IMG/VR virus record: IMGVR_UViG_3300030397_000159
Location: 1 to 36,549 of that record
Reading direction: 5' to 3' (one strand)
Source of the DNA: a virus
Lineage: Duplodnaviria; Caudoviricetes
DNA: 36,549 nt
Under the pieces are notes generated by a model. That model worked only from the letters and a program-made list of their open reading frames with translations. It had not been told where the DNA came from and did no database searches. Each line of letters opens with the position of its first letter. Within the stretch, counting starts at the first letter, position 1. A program made the position numbers and the translations under genes. This document shows, one piece after another, positions 8,916-17,408 of this stretch.

Positions 8916-10076
8916 TTACGATAGTCCTGTTAGGATTCCGTGTGACTGTCCAACGTTTTCTACACCGAGACCAAACTTACCCTGTAGGGTTTCTTTGATT
9001 TCTCGTGAGTTGGTGTTTGTCTCTTCAACGAAGCGAAGATCATCACCTTTCTTCCATCCTTTAACAAGCTTGCGTGAGTCAACGACTGCAACCATGTCAT
9101 CTGGGAAATCGAGATCAACAACTACTGGGATGCTTCCAAGCCCATCAGCAAGATAGCTTTCGACGATTCGTCCTGCTGAACGATCATTTACATCCTGACG
9201 AGTAGCGTCAGCTGCTGTAAATGTGTTGAAAGTAGTCTTTTTAGCAACGCTCATAACGATAGCTGATGGTGAACCACCTGCTGTTCGTACGTTGTTAAGA
9301 ATGTTGCGGAGTGTAGCTTCTGTGAAAGCACCACCTACGTTGGTAGAGATGCCACCTGAAAGTTGTAGCCACTCAAGAAGTCCACGTGTCATTGCTGGGA
9401 AACCAGAAGCTGGTGCACGCGATACACCGTGAATTGCAGTCTTAGCAAGGTCGCGCATTACACGCTCAACTGCTTCTTGCTTTAGGGTCTCTGCTGTCTG
9501 TCCAGTCTTTCGAGCTTGCTCACTGTCAGCGTGTGAAAGATCAACGATCTCCTCAACGAGCTGCATGTAGTTGGTGAACTTGTTGGTCGTTTCAGCCATT
9601 GCTTCACCCTGTACTTTGCCCTCCTCGTGTGCGTTACCAACAATGGTAGCAACGATTGCAGATGTACCGTGTGCAACTGCTGTACTTTCACCAGCACCAC
9701 GCTCGTATACGTCGATAACGTTTGTTGAGCGGTTTACTGACTTAACAACGACAATCTCAGTCTCAACGCGAAGAACATCACCAATAGTGATGCGGTCGAT
9801 CTCTGAAGAGCTTACTGGTAGAGCAGTGGTGTCACTGTTAGTGTCCCAATCTGCACCACTTCCTGATGCTGTCACTGTCACTGTTGGTGACGTGTAGTTG
9901 CGCACCAAAATCTCAAACTCGTCCGTCATAAACGGCTCTGGTCGAGTGGTGAACAAGTCCCAAACGCGACCAAACTCATTTGCCATCATAGGTGTGACTT
10001 TTGCTGAGAGAGCAATCACCTCTGGGTCAAGCTGCGAGTTTGCATCTTCGAGGGTTGTGTGTAGTCCTAGATCCAT
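8916..10076 (-). CDS. Major capsid protein (SU10/DUF5309-like) with inserted beta domain
   Basis: 386 aa after the scaffold gene, with NYMQLVEEIVDLS, TRGLLEW and ETLQGKFGLGVEN...HGILTGLS motifs. Confidence 0.88.
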   Translation of the reverse strand: MDLGLHTTLEDANSQLDPEVIALSAKVTPMMANEFGRVWDLFTTRPEPFMTDEFEILVRNYTSPTVTVTASGSGADWDTNSDTTALPVSSSEIDRITIGDVLRVETEIVVVKSVNRSTNVIDVYERGAGESTAVAHGTSAIVATIVGNAHEEGKVQGEAMAETTNKFTNYMQLVEEIVDLSHADSEQARKTGQTAETLKQEAVERVMRDLAKTAIHGVSRAPASGFPAMTRGLLEWLQLSGGISTNVGGAFTEATLRNILNNVRTAGGSPSAIVMSVAKKTTFNTFTAADATRQDVNDRSAGRIVESYLADGLGSIPVVVDLDFPDDMVAVVDSRKLVKGWKKGDDLRFVEETNTNSREIKETLQGKFGLGVENVGQSHGILTGLS

Positions 10077-10153
10077 ACGAATATATAGTTAAAATAATAA
10101 CAATCTAACATTCCGTAATACTCAATATGGCTCCAGTTGTTTGAGAGACTAAG

Positions 10154-10906
10154 CTAGTCTTTTTTGTTTTTGCGGATCTCCTTGATCTTTGTTCCTAGTT
10201 CAGACATCTTTTTGTCTTCAACAGGTGTACGTTCTCCACCTTTGGCTACGAGATCGTTTAGCTCTTTGGTTAGCTTCGCCTCCTCGTCTACCGCTGGGTC
10301 TTCGTTGTTAGGTGGTACTCTACCTCCTGAGTCAACAACTGATTTGATACCAAACCAAGATGCGTTTTGCTGAACATACTCAAGTTTTTGCCTGTTAGAG
10401 AAGTTGCTAGGGATGAGCGTTTGCTTTTCCTCTGGTATCTTCTCCATAACATCCTTTACGAGACCATCAACTGTACCCTTGTATTTGTCGAGCAAGTCAC
10501 TCTTTTTGTTTGCCTCAGATTCTGCTTTCTTTCGCTTCTCTTTTTCAGACTCTGCGAGCTTTTGCCACTCACCTTTCTTTTTCAAAGACTCCTCCTCATC
10601 TTCTTGTCGCTTGCGTTCTGCTTCTTCAAGCTTTTCACGAGCATCATCAGATTCAGAGATCAGCTTTGCAACTTCTGGGTTGAGCTTCTTTAGCTCGTCG
10701 ATAGAAAGCTTTGATGCGTCTACTGGCTCTGCTGGTTTCTCCTGTTCCTTTGGATCTTTTGGCTTGTTGCCATCTTCATCTTTAGGTTTGGGGTCTTGAT
10801 CTTCAGCTGGCTTTGGGTCTTCGTCCTCTGCTGGCTTAGGATCATCAACTGGGTCAGCGTGACCATCTACAAGGTGCACGATATGTGCGAGTTTTCTTGT
10901 CTCCAT
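10154..10906 (-). CDS. Capsid scaffolding protein
   Basis: Acidic DPKPAE-repeat N-terminus, coiled coil with KKGEWQKLAE, directly upstream of the capsid gene. Confidence 0.85.
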   Translation of the reverse strand: METRKLAHIVHLVDGHADPVDDPKPAEDEDPKPAEDQDPKPKDEDGNKPKDPKEQEKPAEPVDASKLSIDELKKLNPEVAKLISESDDAREKLEEAERKRQEDEEESLKKKGEWQKLAESEKEKRKKAESEANKKSDLLDKYKGTVDGLVKDVMEKIPEEKQTLIPSNFSNRQKLEYVQQNASWFGIKSVVDSGGRVPPNNEDPAVDEEAKLTKELNDLVAKGGERTPVEDKKMSELGTKIKEIRKNKKD

Positions 10907-11009
10907 AAATTATGTTTTATATTAGCTGGGATTCTCAACCCAGATATTAAAAATGTTTTCTTGAGCTAGGACACTAAACCTAGATAGTGGTGTATTGAAC
11001 ACTAAAACA

Positions 11010-11038
11010 ATTATATAAGCAGTTGCGCATTAAGGCAA
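11010..11038 (-). promoter_or_regulatory. Sigma70-type promoter for the scaffold/capsid operon
   Basis: TTGCCT-N17-TATAAT about 100 nt upstream of the scaffold ATG. Confidence 0.55.
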
Positions 11039-11420
11039 TTATTGAGAATGCGTGCATGGGCAATTTGGATTCCTAGCACATGTCAAAAGTCTTGTACATA
11101 ACAGGTAAAAACGTTACAGACTGTTATATTTATGATATGGCTCAACAAAGCCATGCTACCACTTCCCTACCCTATCGAGTGTTAAAAGAAAAACAACCAG
11201 CATGTTAAATATGGTCATATATGGCTAGGGTAGGGGATAGAGTTATGCACACTCTAAAATTGATTTAAAGGTTAGGGCAGCGACGTGAGCACTCAAGCGT
11301 TGTCAGCTACCCCCAGAAAAGATAGATACGATCACCTCTCTTTCTGTATGCGACGAGACGACGAATGTCTGGCGAGCTTAGATAGTGTGGCGGTCTACTG
11401 GATGCTCTGGCTGGCTCTCG

Positions 11421-11516
11421 TCATTGGGTTTCACCGCAGTTCTGGCAGGTGTTGTTGACTACGGCGTAAATACCGCAGATGCGGCAGTTCTTGATGAAGT
11501 TGAGTAGCTGTGTCAT
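11421..11516 (-). CDS. 31-aa zinc-ribbon microprotein
   Basis: MTQLLNFIKNCRICGIYAVVNNTCQNCGETQ*, with C-x2-C-x9-C-x2-C and GGGAG 8 nt upstream of the ATG. Confidence 0.6.
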   Translation of the reverse strand: MTQLLNFIKNCRICGIYAVVNNTCQNCGETQ

Positions 11517-11556
11517 GTCAAAGACTCCCGTGGTTGCGGTTGAAAGAACATATCTG

Positions 11557-11932
11557 TGGACGTGAGGGGATTTGCACCCCTGTCCCTACATCTCAGATTA
11601 AAAACGTCTACAAAGCATAGTCAGTGTATGGCACTGACACCATTGTGTTAGGTCTTCCACCCAACGTATCCATCAAAAGTTTTAACGCTAGAAATGGATG
11701 GTTACATCTCCACCAACTGCTGGTAATGACAACACGTGCGCTACTAGCAGTACCTCACGCAGTGTCGCCGTTAGACTACTGCAAAATCTCGATCGAGAGA
11801 TGCTTTTGTAGGATAGAACGGGGAAACGATAGATTGTTTTGCAAGTATCGAATGTCACACTTTTATGAATGCGTGACCGTTTCAGCTTTGCAGTTTTCAA
11901 TGTTCGATGCGGTCGAGTCTAAAGACACGCCC
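11557..11932 (-). ncRNA. ssrA: tmRNA (transfer-messenger RNA)
   Basis: 5' GGGCGTG pairs with 3' CACGTCC-A, giving the G3:U alanine identity pair and discriminator A. Also present: 5' GACTCGAC and 3' GGAC motifs, T-arm AGGGG-TGCAAAT-CCCCT, helix 2 pairings ATTGAAAAC/GTTTTTAAT and CTGCAAAGC/GCTTTGTAG, and an internal tag frame. Confidence 0.93.
11771..11842 (-). other. tmRNA tag reading frame AKQSIVSPFYPTKASLDRDFAVV*
   Basis: GCA resume codon after GATACTT and the GTCACGC/GTGTGAC hairpin. Hydrophobic FAVV end, then TAA. Confidence 0.75.
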
Positions 11933-11942
11933 AATACATCCA

Positions 11943-12791
11943 TTATGACAGATCAGGACGCAGGAGCAAAGAGTGACGACAGTTAGGATGAAACGGCGGT
12001 ATTGTTTCAAGCCGTGGAAAGTTTTTACTGTTGCCAGAGATACTAAATATTTTACCCTCGAAGCGAAGACAGAGATCATCTGTAGCGCCATGTACACTAA
12101 CTTGCACAATGTCAGTATTAAACTGTACTGCACGGTTCAATGTTCCCTCGTTGCCACTCTTGATGATGTGTGTACGAGCTAACATGTCTGTGTAACGCTT
12201 GAGTTGCCATTGTCTACCACCACGATCAATCAAAATAGAGAAGCCTTGATCTCCAAGCAATTCACGTATCTCTTTACTGATCTCGTCTATACTTTGCCCT
12301 GTGAGTTGTCCTGCGATCATCTGTGCTCGTACCTGTCGTTTCAGCGCCTCATTCATTTGATGCTCAGCACCTTTGACGAGTCCATTGATTCCATTACCAA
12401 AGTCTAAATAAGTATCAGAGATGAGTGCGTTGATCGCGTCCTTGTGGATAAGTAAGTCTTGATTGTTGCGTATCTGTTCTATGGTCAACTCCCCTGTGGC
12501 TATATCAAGACCTGTAGTGCGTAATATCTCATCTGACAAGTTCATCCCCTCTAGGTAGGCTTGTGTAACAGAGGTCACTACCCAGCCCTTTATATCGTCA
12601 TCTGCAATCTGTACGAGGCGCTTGATGTCATTGAGTGCGTTTGTCTTACTCCTCTGACTCAGTGCGTCATTGATGGCTTTAGTAACGATCTCTTTTGATT
12701 CATTATCAAGGCGATCAATGATGTCTAGTAACTCATCTATGTTTGCCTTTCGTATTGCTGCATCTAGTGCGCTACTGGTAGTGCGTGGCAT
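11943..12791 (-). CDS. Minor capsid / head morphogenesis protein (MuF / SPP1 gp7-like)
   Basis: DRGGRQW..YTDMLART, VSVHG...C..FEGKIFS and PPFHPNCRH motifs. Confidence 0.88.
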   Translation of the reverse strand: MPRTTSSALDAAIRKANIDELLDIIDRLDNESKEIVTKAINDALSQRSKTNALNDIKRLVQIADDDIKGWVVTSVTQAYLEGMNLSDEILRTTGLDIATGELTIEQIRNNQDLLIHKDAINALISDTYLDFGNGINGLVKGAEHQMNEALKRQVRAQMIAGQLTGQSIDEISKEIRELLGDQGFSILIDRGGRQWQLKRYTDMLARTHIIKSGNEGTLNRAVQFNTDIVQVSVHGATDDLCLRFEGKIFSISGNSKNFPRLETIPPFHPNCRHSLLLRPDLS

Positions 12792-12792
12792 A

Positions 12793-12987
12793 TTAGAAAA
12801 AGGTTAGCGCAAGACGTGTTACGAAAATGATGGAAAAGATTGAAACAAGGATTACTCCTAAACAACCAAAGTATACCCTTGAGAGGTATACCCAATCTAT
12901 CTTTTTCATTTGCTCCTCAATCTCCTTTGCGTTGTCTGATATTGGGTCATTATTTTGAGGCACATGTGATCCTGCTGGAAACTCCAT
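12793..12987 (-). CDS. Small membrane protein
   Basis: C-terminal hydrophobic helix. Confidence 0.6.
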   Translation of the reverse strand: MEFPAGSHVPQNNDPISDNAKEIEEQMKKIDWVYLSRVYFGCLGVILVSIFSIIFVTRLALTFF

Positions 12988-12992
12988 TGATG

Positions 12993-13343
12993 TTACATTG
13001 TTACTGGTAATAGGTTGTTGTCTTGAATAACTTGAAAGAGGGTGGCGCTAAACCGTTCTGTAAACGTCTCATTGAACTTAAAGGCATCTTCTTCTGGACT
13101 GTCTGAGTCACGCAACTCCTTAGCAAGCTCAATGTCGAAGCGCACGAAGTCGTTGATGGCGTGTATCAGTTCGTGCCAAAAGGTCTCCATGAGCACGTCT
13201 GCATTCTTGATGTCAGCATTGATGTAAATCTCTTGAGTCTCAGGGTTGAAATATCCCATGACTGGGTCATTGTTTAACGCAAGGTTTTCTTGCACAAATA
13301 TCTTGACTGTACGTCCGCCAACTTTTACTGATTCAGGTATCAT
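12993..13343 (-). CDS. HEXXH metallopeptidase-like protein (ImmA/IrrE-like fold)
   Basis: G.F....QEIYIN...ETFWHELIHAI...E motif. Confidence 0.75.
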   Translation of the reverse strand: MIPESVKVGGRTVKIFVQENLALNNDPVMGYFNPETQEIYINADIKNADVLMETFWHELIHAINDFVRFDIELAKELRDSDSPEEDAFKFNETFTERFSATLFQVIQDNNLLPVTM

Positions 13344-13365
13344 AATGTGTTTTGTGTTTAATCTA

Positions 13366-13782
13366 TTATATACCTTTTCTCACCTCTTGCTGCTTCTCTT
13401 TGATTCGCTTATACACATCTGTTATTGCCTTGAAATTGAGACCTGTACGTATCTTACATAACCTTTTGCTTGCTCCCTCTCTGTAATAACCAACTATAGC
13501 ATTTGCTTCTTTATCGTTCTGCACAAAAGGGGAATGCATAGCTACATCTGTCATCCACTGAAACGACATTTTCTTCTCTATCAAACATCGTTGCCTATGT
13601 AGTTCTTTCTCGCGTTCTGCTTTAACCTTAGCTTCCCTCTCAGCAATCATTTCTTGCTCTCTCTGTTTCGTGTGTCCGCAATAATCACAACCTACTTCTT
13701 CCCACATGCCATGACTGCAATTAGTACATTTGGCGACCGTAAACTTTGGCATATCTTTCAGGCTATCTACGTAGATAACCAT
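13366..13782 (-). CDS. Hypothetical protein with Cys4 zinc motif
   Basis: CTNC...CDYC followed by a coiled coil. Confidence 0.65.
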   Translation of the reverse strand: MVIYVDSLKDMPKFTVAKCTNCSHGMWEEVGCDYCGHTKQREQEMIAEREAKVKAEREKELHRQRCLIEKKMSFQWMTDVAMHSPFVQNDKEANAIVGYYREGASKRLCKIRTGLNFKAITDVYKRIKEKQQEVRKGI

Positions 13783-13786
13783 ATGC

Positions 13787-15169
13787 TTATAGTTGCGGTG
13801 CGTTATTAGGGTTCACGGCTCCGCTCTGTATGTCTTCTTGCTGCATTCGTTCAATCTCTGCATCTACTTCTTCGTCAGTGTAGTTTTCGAGGCGCTGCAT
13901 CGAAGTGCGACGAGAAGAAAGACCAGAAGCCACCTTTGTCTGCTCTACTTGCGTCTCGATCATAGCATCAGTAGGCAACACGTCACTGTATTCGATGTTC
14001 ACATCGCTATCAAGTTCTTTGTTAAGCATCTTGAAACCAATCTCGATGATATCTGTAACACCCTTAGAGATACGTGAGCGCTTGGTGTCAGTCTTGCGAA
14101 TGGCATTAAATAAGCGAATGCGCATCGACTCAACACGCTCTGGCTGAGCGCCTTGTGTAAGCTCGAACATAGGCACACCAGAAACCCAGCTAACAAGCTG
14201 CAGTTGACGATCTATGTGCTTAAACGCCTCTGTGATGAGTGGATTCTCGTTGATGATATATGCACCTCGTGGTGTGTCCTTGGTTGGCAACTCCAGTGTG
14301 TCAAATTGTTGCCAATTACCAGCTTCATCTTTCGTACCATCAAGCTTTGCCATCTCAAGGATAGCGTCGAGGTTCTTGATGAGCTGTGTTGCTACGTGCG
14401 TCGTGCGTTCGTTGATCTCTTGTAGTTGAGGCATAATGTCAGCATAATCACTTTTACCAAAGCCAAAGCGCGTCTTGCGACCGTTGTCGATCTGAACAAT
14501 AGGGAGACGACCCAGACCCTCAATAGTCTCCTCTTCCTTGGCTGCAATACCAATACGCTCAAGGGTTACTTTCTCGTTAGCCTTAGAGTCTTGTGTTGTA
14601 GACCACGCCTCTCGTTCGATCTTTACGTCATCACCCTCAAGTGAATAGTGCTGTGTGTATAAGAAAAGCTTACGATTCTTTGTGTCTGGTCGATTGTCTT
14701 TAGGATCACGAATGTATGTAGCAAAAATCACTGATCCATCAGACTGTGGAAAGTATTGATCCTTGCCCACCGCTTGTATCTTAAACTTGCCGTCTTGGAT
14801 GAAACCAAGAAGCACCTCATAACCAAACTCTGACTGGTTGACTGCGAAGTCATATATGGACTCTTTGATTTCATTCTCCTTTACGATCTCGTTGAGCGTG
14901 TTCACCGTGTTCTCGTCTTCGTTGTTCAAAAAGATACGTAAACGAGTAACATCACCTTGAACAAAATCACCATAGAAGTCTGATATCTTCGATGGTATTG
15001 CGTGTGCTACGTAGATAGCATCTGTGCTTGACTTGAATTGCTTTTTTACCAAGTCATGCAGTGGTAGCACTGTAGACTGTTTGTTTTCGTAGAGGCTGTG
15101 GTAGTTTCTGAGCGTTGTCATGCGCTCGATCTCTACATCGTTTGGAAAGCTCTTACTTAGTTCCGCCAT
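13787..15169 (-). CDS. Portal protein (SPP1-like)
   Basis: 460 aa, LPIVQIDN...FGKSDY motif and C-terminal SRRTSM...DEEVDAEIERM. Confidence 0.9.
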   Translation of the reverse strand: MAELSKSFPNDVEIERMTTLRNYHSLYENKQSTVLPLHDLVKKQFKSSTDAIYVAHAIPSKISDFYGDFVQGDVTRLRIFLNNEDENTVNTLNEIVKENEIKESIYDFAVNQSEFGYEVLLGFIQDGKFKIQAVGKDQYFPQSDGSVIFATYIRDPKDNRPDTKNRKLFLYTQHYSLEGDDVKIEREAWSTTQDSKANEKVTLERIGIAAKEEETIEGLGRLPIVQIDNGRKTRFGFGKSDYADIMPQLQEINERTTHVATQLIKNLDAILEMAKLDGTKDEAGNWQQFDTLELPTKDTPRGAYIINENPLITEAFKHIDRQLQLVSWVSGVPMFELTQGAQPERVESMRIRLFNAIRKTDTKRSRISKGVTDIIEIGFKMLNKELDSDVNIEYSDVLPTDAMIETQVEQTKVASGLSSRRTSMQRLENYTDEEVDAEIERMQQEDIQSGAVNPNNAPQL

Positions 15170-15181
15170 AGGTGTTGTGTA

Positions 15182-15520
15182 TTAAAGTTTCTTGTTGCGA
15201 CGTACTCGCTTGTTTTGAGTACCAGACTTCTCAATAGAGGTAGCTGATATCTCCTCAACACGCTCTTGTTCGTGTTTCTCAGCCAATTTCTCAGCTGCTG
15301 CAACATCTTGCTTGTAAAGCTTTTTATCACCTAAGATACGCTTGCCGTTTTTATCTAGCTTAATGACTCTGCATGTTGGGCACATTGGCATCCCATTCAC
15401 TATTTTTAGTCTACCAGTTGGCTCGTGTTCTTTAAAGATGGGGCGTGGGCAATATCCACATTGTATAGCCTTTCTCTTAGGGACAACTATTCCTTTTTCT
15501 GTTTTACCAAAAACCGTCAT
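15182..15520 (-). CDS. Hypothetical protein with Cys4 zinc motif
   Basis: CGYC...CPTC. Confidence 0.65.
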   Translation of the reverse strand: MTVFGKTEKGIVVPKRKAIQCGYCPRPIFKEHEPTGRLKIVNGMPMCPTCRVIKLDKNGKRILGDKKLYKQDVAAAEKLAEKHEQERVEEISATSIEKSGTQNKRVRRNKKL

Positions 15521-15524
15521 GTGT

Positions 15525-15851
15525 TTATTCTTCTTTTTCTTGCATTACCAAAACCTCTAGCATAGGATCAGACATAGTTTCTTCGACAAGCACCTCAATA
15601 ACGTCGTTAAACATCTTGTATGTCTTGTTCTCAATATCAAAAGAGCCAACAGTGCCACCTATAGGTGTGCCAACGATATTCGAGACTTCCTTTAGAGTAG
15701 CCGTCTTTTGATCGTGCTCAAATATGAAGCGTATTAGCTCCTGCTTCATCTCTGGTAAAAATTTCTTCTCTGCGTAAAGACGAAAAGCAGAATTTAGTGT
15801 TTTGGGACTAACTAAGATTAGCACTTCTTTTTCGTCTTGTTTGTTTGACAT
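15525..15851 (-). CDS. Hypothetical protein
   Basis: 108-aa ORF in the operon. Confidence 0.65.
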   Translation of the reverse strand: MSNKQDEKEVLILVSPKTLNSAFRLYAEKKFLPEMKQELIRFIFEHDQKTATLKEVSNIVGTPIGGTVGSFDIENKTYKMFNDVIEVLVEETMSDPMLEVLVMQEKEE

Positions 15852-15887
15852 AGAGTGGGTTGTAGACTATACCAAATTATAACCCAC

Positions 15888-17408
15888 TTACTTAGGTCTA
15901 CCAACACTTGCTGTACCCATAGGTGTGTCGAACATTCCTAATATGAGATACACCATTGCATCCACGAGGTCGTCGTGCTCTTCAACACCAAAACCAAACA
16001 TCTCTGTAAACAACTCTTTGCATCCGTTCTGTGGGAAACGTACCACACCCTGCTTAATATACAGCGCAGCAGTCTCAAAACGTGCCCTTTTGTCGCGCAC
16101 AGGACGTACACCAACAACTGGTATCAAACGCTTCTGCATCTCCTTGATAGCAGCTTTCTGATACCCCACATCCTCAACGAAAAACTTAGAGCCTTGTGGC
16201 ATTGTGTTATTGATTGTTGCAGCAGCTTCGACAGTCTGAGCAAGGTCTATGCGCTTATGTACGATAGATGGTTTGATATACAGTATCTTTTGACCATCTT
16301 CTTGCGCGAGAATACCAGAAACCATAGCAGTAAGGTCTGCGGTCTCTTTCTCTGAGATAGCAAGGTCAACACCCGTGCCACCATTGAGTGCGTTGATACG
16401 CACGCTATGCACAGGTGTTATTAGACGCTCCACATCGTAATAATGCACCTCTTCTTCCTTAACGACTTGATCCTCTTCTGAGACAACTTTAAGCAAGAAC
16501 TCACGAGACCAGATGGTGTTGTACTTAACTTCTCTTTTCTTCTTGCGCAGAGACTCGATAGTTGGATACTTTGCAACCCATGTAACCTTTTTTGTCTTGG
16601 GATCTATAAGAGGAAACTCAGACACCTCGTACATCTTCATCTTCTTCAATCGAGCCATCAACGCATCCTTGTGTAATAGGTTACCTATGACGACCATCTT
16701 AGCACCAGCCTCTTCTTTACCACTCACAACCTCAGTCAAGAACCATCGCTCTGTCTTGTCGCGATTTGCTTTCTTGCGCACCCATTCTAAATCTTCCGCG
16801 TCATCAACAATGATGAGATCAGGACGATATTGTCTCCATCGAAGACCACGCACCTTTTGACCACGAGAGCGACCCATGATGTAGACACCACTAGACATAA
16901 GCAACTCATCCCTTGTCCACTTATCTGTAGGTGCAGCGTTAAAGTCTTCTCTGATCCTCTTGTTATCTTCAACCTCTATTTTAATGTTGGCGATGTTCAG
17001 CTCCATCTGACTCACCGTGTCATTGATGACGAGTATGAAGTTATAACGCCTAGTTAGTGCACACCAAAGAGGGAAAGCAAACGAGCTTATTGTTGACTTG
17101 GCTGAACCTCGAAAACCAATGATGGCGTGACCATCAATGTTTTTGTCTTGCAGTATCCTAAAGAGATCAAGGTGAAAGTCTGCTGGATGTAGCGTGAAGT
17201 AGTGATCTAGGTAGTACTCACAAAAAAAACGGAAAGAGTGTTTAGCAGCTATCTGTCGCACTTTCTTTACACGGACATCAATACCATACGTAACTTTGAA
17301 ATATAAACGTCGAGCTTCACGAGGCTCGATGATCTGAATAGGTGATTTAAGAGCCTTGCGCAATTCGTCAGCAGTCTCTGGTTTCTTCTTTTTAGTTGCA
17401 GTACTCAT
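15888..17408 (-). CDS. terL: Terminase large subunit
   Basis: Walker A-like GFRGSAKS, Walker B LIIVDD, and nuclease motifs GVDLA, ED and HDDLVDA. Confidence 0.95.
   Translation of the reverse strand: MSTATKKKKPETADELRKALKSPIQIIEPREARRLYFKVTYGIDVRVKKVRQIAAKHSFRFFCEYYLDHYFTLHPADFHLDLFRILQDKNIDGHAIIGFRGSAKSTISSFAFPLWCALTRRYNFILVINDTVSQMELNIANIKIEVEDNKRIREDFNAAPTDKWTRDELLMSSGVYIMGRSRGQKVRGLRWRQYRPDLIIVDDAEDLEWVRKKANRDKTERWFLTEVVSGKEEAGAKMVVIGNLLHKDALMARLKKMKMYEVSEFPLIDPKTKKVTWVAKYPTIESLRKKKREVKYNTIWSREFLLKVVSEEDQVVKEEEVHYYDVERLITPVHSVRINALNGGTGVDLAISEKETADLTAMVSGILAQEDGQKILYIKPSIVHKRIDLAQTVEAAATINNTMPQGSKFFVEDVGYQKAAIKEMQKRLIPVVGVRPVRDKRARFETAALYIKQGVVRFPQNGCKELFTEMFGFGVEEHDDLVDAMVYLILGMFDTPMGTASVGRPK

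Noticed and set aside
11557-11585. tRNA gene or attP fragment
   Set aside because: There is no anticodon arm, the matching 5' acceptor strand lies about 370 nt away as in tmRNA, and no integrase is present.
11624-11986. ORFs 11624-11986 (+), 11688-11900 (-) and 11897-12133 (-)
   Set aside because: They overlap the tmRNA or minor capsid gene and have no protein-like features.
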